A DNA stretch of 62,207 nt, the filler included. It is 3 parts of 3 records of this genome, joined end to end, with 100 filler letters (N's around TTAATTAATTAA, not from the genome) between each part and the next. Parts side by side here need not be neighbours in the genome. Positions count along the whole stretch, not along the records: positions 47,330 to 62,207 come from DRR723986_5015; 2 more parts are not named here. One strand, given 5' to 3'. How positions within the stretch are numbered: the first letter of the stretch is position 1; every line of letters starts with the position of its first letter. A program made the position numbers and the translations under genes. The notes under the pieces were generated by a model that worked only from the letters and a program-made list of their open reading frames with translations, was not told the origin of the DNA and searched no databases. Positions 56,700-62,207 of this stretch are shown in pieces.

Positions 56700-58004
56700 A
56701 TGACCAAGACCCCATTCACCGACAGGCTGGCAGCTTTCGCAGCTTCCCCGATCCAACATGCCGACGTAGCGCATGAGGTTCTGAAGCTCTCGTTCCTGGA
56801 TTGGTGCGCGGTGGCCAGTGCGGGCCGCAATGAGCCGGTGGCGCAGGTGGTGCGCGCGCTGGCGTTGGAGGAAGCGGGCGTGCCGCAGGCCCATGCCATC
56901 GGCATGGAGGCCCGCGTTCCCGCCCGGATGGCGGCGCTGGTCAATGGTACGCTGTCCCATGCGCTGGACTATGACGACACGCATTTTGCCCATATCGGGC
57001 ATTCTTCGGTGGCGGTGATCCCGGCCGCCCTGGCCATTGGGGAACGTGTCGGCGCGTCTGGCGCGGCCATGCAGGAGGCGGCCCTGATCGGTGTGGAGGC
57101 GTCGGTTCGGGTGGGCCTGTGGCTCGGGCGCGGGCATTATCAGACCGGGTTTCATCAAACGGCAACGGCAGGCGCGTTCGGCGCGGGGCTGGCGGCGGGG
57201 CGTTTGCTGGGGTTTGGGCCCGCTCAGATGGCTGATGTGATCGGCCTTCTGGGAACCCGCGCATCGGGGCTGAAATCGCAATTCGGCACCATGGGCAAGC
57301 CGTTCAACGCCGGGATCGCGGCGGCCAACGGGGTTGAGGCGGCGATCCTGATCGCCCATGGCTTTGATCCGCGCCGGGCCGGGTTGGAGGATGCGCAGGG
57401 CTTTGGCGCGACCCATCACGGCGCGGGCGACATGACAGCGCTGGAAGGGTTGGGCGACGGCTGGCTGTTTGAGCAGGTCAGCCACAAGTTTCACGCCTGC
57501 TGCCATGGGCTGCACGCCGCATTGGAGGCGATGGCTGACCTGCTTCCGGTCGCACCGGACGCAATCGGCCAGATAGAGGTTATGACCCATCCACGCTGGC
57601 TGACCGTCTGCAATATCGCGTCCCCCAAGACGGGGCTTGAGGCGAAGTTTTCCTATGCTCAGGTGCTGGCATTGGCCGCCCTTGGCCATGACACGGCGCG
57701 GCTTGATACGTTCTCTGACGCATTGGCCCGTGACCCAGACGTTGCAGCGCTGCGCGGCCGGGTACGGGTTGTTCCCGATCAGGGCCTGTCCGAGACAGCC
57801 GCCCGCGTTCTGATTACCATGAACGGTGAGACACGAGAGGCCCACCACGACCTGTTAACCACGATTCCTCTGACCAGACGTGCGGCCAAGGTGCGGGCCA
57901 AGGCAGTGGCGTTGCTGGGGGCGGATCGCGTTGATGCGCTGCATGCCCTGATAACAAAAAACGCCGCACCGGAAGACATCGGCGCGGCGCTTTGCAAGCT
58001 GTGA
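56700..58004 (+). CDS. MmgE/PrpD family protein
   Basis: NGTLSHALDYDDTH, GH.S, GFHQT, GTMGKP, KFHACCH, AKFS. Confidence 0.9.
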   Translation: MTKTPFTDRLAAFAASPIQHADVAHEVLKLSFLDWCAVASAGRNEPVAQVVRALALEEAGVPQAHAIGMEARVPARMAALVNGTLSHALDYDDTHFAHIGHSSVAVIPAALAIGERVGASGAAMQEAALIGVEASVRVGLWLGRGHYQTGFHQTATAGAFGAGLAAGRLLGFGPAQMADVIGLLGTRASGLKSQFGTMGKPFNAGIAAANGVEAAILIAHGFDPRRAGLEDAQGFGATHHGAGDMTALEGLGDGWLFEQVSHKFHACCHGLHAALEAMADLLPVAPDAIGQIEVMTHPRWLTVCNIASPKTGLEAKFSYAQVLALAALGHDTARLDTFSDALARDPDVAALRGRVRVVPDQGLSETAARVLITMNGETREAHHDLLTTIPLTRRAAKVRAKAVALLGADRVDALHALITKNAAPEDIGAALCKL

Positions 58005-58016
58005 CGGGGTCGCAGA

Positions 58017-59198
58017 TCAGCTCGACATGTCGTAGGCGCGTTCGCCATGTACGGTCAGGTCCAGCCCGTTGGTCTCGGTTTCCGCATCGACACGCAGGGG
58101 CGTGATGGCCTTGACGACAATCACCAGCACTACGGTAACAACAGCGGTATAGACCCCGACGATGGCCAGCGACCCAAGCTGCGCGATCCAGGATCCCGCG
58201 CCGAAGGCCGCGATCATGATCGTGCCGAAGATACCACCCACGCCATGCACGGCGAAGACATCCAGCGTGTCGTCGATCCTGGCCTTGTTGCGGATGAAAT
58301 TCACCGCTTCCTGACAGAGGATGCCAGCGACGGCCCCGATGATCAGCGCCTCGATCGGCCCGACGAAGCCAGAGGCCGGGGTGATTGAGGCCAGACCCGC
58401 GATGGTGCCCGTAACAACGCCCACAAGGGACACGGTGCCGTATTTGATCTTTTCCCACAGGCCCCATGTCAGCGAGGCGGTGGCCGCGGAAATATGCGTC
58501 ACGGTCAGCGCCATGGCCGCGCCGCCATCGGCTGCCAGTTGCGATCCACCGTTGAAGCCGAACCAGCCCACCCACAGCATCGCAGCACCGATCATCACGT
58601 AGCCGGGATTGTGCGGCGGTGTGGTGGTGTGGCGGCGCTTGCCAAGGAAGGCCGCGATGATCAGGGCCGCAAGACCGGCGGTTTCATGCACCACGATGCC
58701 GCCTGCAAAGTCGCGCACGCCGACATCCCCGAAGATGCCGCCATCAGCAAGGAACCCGCCGCCCCAGACCCAGTGCACGACCGGGGCATAGCACAGGATC
58801 ATCCACAGGGCCGAAAACAGCAGCACAAAGCCAAAACCGATCCGTTCCACATACGCACCCACGATCAGGGCGGGCGTGATGATCGAGAAGGTCATCTGGA
58901 AGGCGAAGAACAGAACCTCGGGCAGTGTGCCCGACAGGCTGTCGGCGGTGACACCGATCAGAAAGGCGCGATCCAGCCCGCCCCAGAAGCCGTTGCCAGA
59001 GCCGCCAAAGGCAATGGTGTAGCCCACGGCCAGCCAAAGGATGCTCATCAGGCAGGCAATCGCGTAGCAATGCATGAACACGCTGAGCACGTTGCGCGCC
59101 CGCACCAGCCCGCCATAGAACAAGGCCAGTCCCGGCAAGGTCATGAAAAGAACCAACGCCGTGGCGACGATGATCCATGCTGTATCTGCTCCGTTCAT
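58017..59198 (-). CDS. amt: Ammonium transporter
   Basis: PGLALFYGG, FQMTF, DFAGGIVVH, WVGWFGFNGGS, DDTLDVF.VHG. Confidence 0.95.
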   Translation of the reverse strand: MNGADTAWIIVATALVLFMTLPGLALFYGGLVRARNVLSVFMHCYAIACLMSILWLAVGYTIAFGGSGNGFWGGLDRAFLIGVTADSLSGTLPEVLFFAFQMTFSIITPALIVGAYVERIGFGFVLLFSALWMILCYAPVVHWVWGGGFLADGGIFGDVGVRDFAGGIVVHETAGLAALIIAAFLGKRRHTTTPPHNPGYVMIGAAMLWVGWFGFNGGSQLAADGGAAMALTVTHISAATASLTWGLWEKIKYGTVSLVGVVTGTIAGLASITPASGFVGPIEALIIGAVAGILCQEAVNFIRNKARIDDTLDVFAVHGVGGIFGTIMIAAFGAGSWIAQLGSLAIVGVYTAVVTVVLVIVVKAITPLRVDAETETNGLDLTVHGERAYDMSS

Positions 59199-59312
59199 GG
59201 TGAACTGTCCCTTCGCATGCATGTTTTTTCAGCGGTTGAGCGCCGAAAAGCGGAAGGCAGGCAGATAAATAAAGAGGCAACCGGCATTTGAAGCGGTTAA
59301 ACAGGTGGCAAT

Positions 59313-59840
59313 TCAGAAACTGCGTAAATCTTGGGCGCTTCCACGGCGGTTTGCCAAAGACTCGTGCGTATCTTGTCTGATGCTGTGCAGGATCATCCGA
59401 AGCGCATGATCGACAGCCGCCGCGCGGACCCGGTCGCGGCCAAGCGCGCCGAAATCCACTGTTTCCGTGCGCAGCCCGTTTTCCCACGCAAGGCCAAAGC
59501 AGACGCGGCCTTCGGGTTTGTGCTCGGACCCGCCGGGCCCTGCGATGCCGGTGATTGAAACGGCAATGCTGGCCTGGGAGTTGGCGAAAGCCCCCGCCGC
59601 CATCTCGTGGGCGACATGTTCCGAAACCGCGCCGTGGTCGCGCAAGGTGTCGGGGCTGACGCCCAACATCTGAACCTTGGCGCGGTTGGTATAGGTGACG
59701 AAGGCCCGGTCAAAGATGTCCGACGACCCCGCCACGCTGGTGATCGCGCCCGCGACCAGCCCGCCGGTGCAGCTTTCCGCCGTGGCGATCACATGGCTGC
59801 CCTCGCGGGCAACCTCCAGCAGGGTCGCCGCCAAGGTCAT
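59313..59840 (-). CDS. CinA C-terminal domain protein (NMN deamidase PncC-like)
   Basis: AESCTGG, GSS, TY.N.AK, HGAVS, ITGIAGPGG. Confidence 0.9.
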   Translation of the reverse strand: MTLAATLLEVAREGSHVIATAESCTGGLVAGAITSVAGSSDIFDRAFVTYTNRAKVQMLGVSPDTLRDHGAVSEHVAHEMAAGAFANSQASIAVSITGIAGPGGSEHKPEGRVCFGLAWENGLRTETVDFGALGRDRVRAAAVDHALRMILHSIRQDTHESLANRRGSAQDLRSF

Positions 59841-60328
59841 AGCCGCCCCGGAAGATGCGCCAGAACTGCCAGAACCGCGACGACCATCATCGCGAGCCCG
59901 CCCGCGATTGCATCATCCAGCATGACGCCGAGCGCATCGCCGCGCCGGTCGGCAAGGCCCACGGGGCCGGGTTTCCAGATGTCGAACAGGCGGAAGGCAA
60001 GGAACGCTGTCAGTACACCGGGCCAGAGCGCAAAGAAATCCGTCCCCGCCATCATCGCGCCATAGGATACCGGCCAAAGCGCCAGGAACATGCCCAGAAC
60101 CTCGTCGATCACGATCTCGGAAGGGTCTTTGTCGGCGTTGTCACGGGTCAGCTCATGCGTCACCCACCAGCCGGCGATGGCCGCGATCAGCGTGCCCGCC
60201 GCAAGGGCCACGAACCCGCCTAGCTGATGCAGCAGATAGGCCAGCGGAATGGCGGCAAGGCTGCCCCATGTGCCGGGGGCGGGGCGCAAGAGGCCCACGT
60301 AACAGACGGTGGCAATAAAGCGGTTCAT
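59837..60328 (-). CDS. pgpA: Phosphatidylglycerophosphatase A
   Basis: [33 protein letters not shown]. Confidence 0.94.
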   Translation of the reverse strand: MNRFIATVCYVGLLRPAPGTWGSLAAIPLAYLLHQLGGFVALAAGTLIAAIAGWWVTHELTRDNADKDPSEIVIDEVLGMFLALWPVSYGAMMAGTDFFALWPGVLTAFLAFRLFDIWKPGPVGLADRRGDALGVMLDDAIAGGLAMMVVAVLAVLAHLPGRL

Positions 60329-61500
60329 GATTTCACCAATGTGACGGTGGCCATCGCGGCGATGCCTTCCTCGCGGCCGGTAAAACCGAGCCGTTCGGTC
60401 GTGGTCGCCTTGACGGACACGCGGGACGGGTCGATGCGCAAAAGGCGGGCAAGCTCTGCCCGCATGGCGGTGGACTGGGGGCCGATCTTGGGCCGTTCAC
60501 ACAGGAACGTCAGATCGGCGTTGCTGATCGTGAAGCCTTTTTGGCAAGCCAGATCAACGGCATGGGTCAGAAAGATATGGCTGGCAGCGCCCTTCCACTG
60601 CGGATCGGAAGGCGGAAAATGAGTGCCGATATCGCCCTCGGCCAGCGCGCCATAGATGGCGTCGGTGACCGTGTGCAGGCCCACATCGGCATCGGAATGG
60701 CCTTGCAATCCGCGCCCATGGGGGATCTTCACGCCGCAGAGCCAGACATGATCGCCGGGGCCGAAACGATGGACGTCAAACCCGTTGCCGGTGCGAATGT
60801 CGATCATGCTTTCGGTCTCCAGCAGGCGTTCGGCGCGGGTGAAATCCTGCGCTGATGTCAGTTTGAAATTGTCGTCGTCGCCCGCAGTTATCGCAATCTC
60901 CAACCCCTGGGCCAAGGCGACCTCGACATCATCGGCGCCGCCGCCTGGATGGGCGGCATGGGCGGCGCGGATGGCGGACAGGTGAAAGCCTTGCGGGGTC
61001 TGCGCGCGGAACAGCCCGTCGCGGGCGCGGATCGCGTCTACCGTGCCCTTGCCCTGCCACAGCGCATCCACGACAGGCAGGCCGGGGGCCGCACCGGGAT
61101 GGGTGGACAGCGCCGCAATGACGTCGTCGATGACTTGTGGGCTCACCATTGGCCGGGCCGCGTCGTGGATCAGCACATAGTCAGCATTGTCAGGCACCGC
61201 ATTCAGCCCGGCGCGGACGGATGCATCGCGGGTCGCCCCACCATGGGTGGTGATGACAGGGAGCCCAAGCGGGTCCAGCGCCTGCGCCAACAGGTGCGAG
61301 TCGTCGGGGTGGTGGACAACGACGAGGTCGTGAATCAGCGGATGAGAGGCCAGCGCCCGCAGCGCCCGGGTCAACACCATTTCGCCGCCGAGCCGTTGAT
61401 ATTGCTTGGGAATATCGCCACCCGCCCGCAAGCCACGGCCTGCCGCCACGATCAGGGCGGCCACGCGGGGGGCGGGCTGTGTCAGGGCATCCTCGGTCAT
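60325..61500 (-). CDS. ispDF: Bifunctional IspD/IspF
   Basis: AAGRG.R...PKQY, HDAARP and QTPQ, followed by GFDVH, HSDADV, SVKATT.E.LG. Confidence 0.95.
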   Translation of the reverse strand: MTEDALTQPAPRVAALIVAAGRGLRAGGDIPKQYQRLGGEMVLTRALRALASHPLIHDLVVVHHPDDSHLLAQALDPLGLPVITTHGGATRDASVRAGLNAVPDNADYVLIHDAARPMVSPQVIDDVIAALSTHPGAAPGLPVVDALWQGKGTVDAIRARDGLFRAQTPQGFHLSAIRAAHAAHPGGGADDVEVALAQGLEIAITAGDDDNFKLTSAQDFTRAERLLETESMIDIRTGNGFDVHRFGPGDHVWLCGVKIPHGRGLQGHSDADVGLHTVTDAIYGALAEGDIGTHFPPSDPQWKGAASHIFLTHAVDLACQKGFTISNADLTFLCERPKIGPQSTAMRAELARLLRIDPSRVSVKATTTERLGFTGREEGIAAMATVTLVKS

Positions 61501-61559
61501 GGCGATTTGATAGGGCGAAAGCAGGCCCGGCACAATGTCGCTGAAATCCTGCACTCAAC

Positions 61560-61668
61560 CGCCCAAAATTTGGGCATTGACGGGATGGGCCGCATTTCCG
61601 GCCCCGAAACCTTTGCAACCCTTCGGAAAACGCCCTACATCGTGGGGTGGATGCTCAAGGATTAGGCA
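61560..61668. promoter_or_regulatory. Two NtrC-like 17-bp sites (GC-N11-GC) in the ispDF/dusB divergent region
   Basis: CGCCCAAAATTTGGGCA (61560-61576) and TGCTCAAGGATTAGGCA (61652-61668). dusB normally heads dusB-ntrB-ntrC in Alphaproteobacteria. Confidence 0.5.
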
Positions 61669-61669
61669 C

Positions 61670-62207
61670 TTGTCCATTTTGCTGGCAGAAGAATATCTCG
61701 ATCCGCCCGTGTTTCTGGCGCCATTGGCCGGAATCACCGACCTGCCGTTCCGCAGCCTCGTATCGGGCTTTGGCGCGGGGCTTGTGGTGTCGGAAATGGT
61801 CGCCAGTCAGGAAATGGTCGAGGCCAAGGCAAGCGTCCGGGCGCGCGCCGAACTGGGCTTTGGTGTGCAGAAGACGGCCGTCCAGCTTGCCGGGCGGGAA
61901 GCCTACTGGATGGCAGAGGCGGCACGGCTGGCCGAAGGGCAGGGCGCGCGGATCATCGACATCAACATGGGGTGCCCCGCCAAGAAGGTGGTTAACGGCT
62001 ATTCCGGCTCGGCCCTGATGAAAGATCTCGACCATGCGTTAAGCCTGATCGAGGCAGTGGTGGGCGCGGTCAGCGTTCCCGTAACGCTGAAAACCCGGCT
62101 TGGCTGGGATGATGATTTGCTCAATGCGCCGGATCTGGCGCGGCGGGCCGAGGCGGCGGGCATTCGGATGATCACCATTCACGGGCGCACCCGATGCCAG
62201 TTCTACA
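61670..62207 (+). CDS. dusB: tRNA-dihydrouridine synthase B (NifR3), truncated at window end
   Basis: Hand translation from TTG 61670: ...VFLAPLAGITDLPFR...VSEMVAS...VQLAG...IDINMGCPAKKV...TLKTRLGWD...ITIHGRTRCQFY. Confidence 0.93.
   Translation, partial: MSILLAEEYLDPPVFLAPLAGITDLPFRSLVSGFGAGLVVSEMVASQEMVEAKASVRARAELGFGVQKTAVQLAGREAYWMAEAARLAEGQGARIIDINMGCPAKKVVNGYSGSALMKDLDHALSLIEAVVGAVSVPVTLKTRLGWDDDLLNAPDLARRAEAAGIRMITIHGRTRCQFY

Noticed and set aside
1..62207. CRISPR arrays, tRNA/rRNA/tmRNA genes, IS elements, retrons/DGRs, defence systems
   Set aside because: By eye I found no regularly spaced repeats, cloverleafs, transposase, reverse transcriptase or nuclease motifs. A cmscan/DefenseFinder run would be needed to exclude them formally.

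Overview
The window is not one locus. It is three unrelated contigs joined by 100-bp N spacers, each carrying a TTAATTAATTAA all-frame stop linker (25489-25588 and 47230-47329). Contig 1 (1-25488) is high-GC alphaproteobacterial, probably Caulobacterales/Hyphomonadaceae-like (inferred). It carries hisH (partial), then a ~4.6-kb block with a cupin, an M20 amidohydrolase, two small ORFs and a second FtsH, then hisB. It continues with an EAL phosphodiesterase, a malyl-CoA lyase, Pmp3, xerD, a DUF3604-like lipoprotein, aroK-aroB-corC, bolA, a J-domain protein, glpD, uppP and gltD-gltB (partial). Contig 2 (25589-47229) is lower in GC and has TAnnTTTG promoter motifs and few SD sequences, pointing to Bacteroidota/FCB (inferred). 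It carries alr, asparaginase, a PD40/OmpA-like lipoprotein, hisC-hppD-gdh, a bL38-like ORF-rpmE-rpsR operon, pdxH, hutH, thyX, bamD, acs, an ftsE-like gene, dapB and pcrA. Contig 3 (47330-62207) is Rhodobacteraceae-like: lipA (partial), an orphan Flp-type pilin with a C-terminal extension, a TPR protein, two tandem Sel1-repeat proteins, cytochromes c and c', hpt, ratA, amt, cinA, pgpA, ispDF and dusB (partial). I saw no CRISPR array, tRNA/rRNA, IS element or prophage. Most of the content is housekeeping, and I cannot claim a clear-cut new multi-gene system. The best leads are: (1) an unannotated bL38/DUF4295-like gene coupled to Zn-free L31 and S18; (2) an FtsH2-like cassette with a microprotein and a structured RNA between hisB and hisH; (3) the pilin/TPR/Sel1 block; (4) several structured non-coding elements. 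All family assignments come from motif recognition and memory, not database searches.
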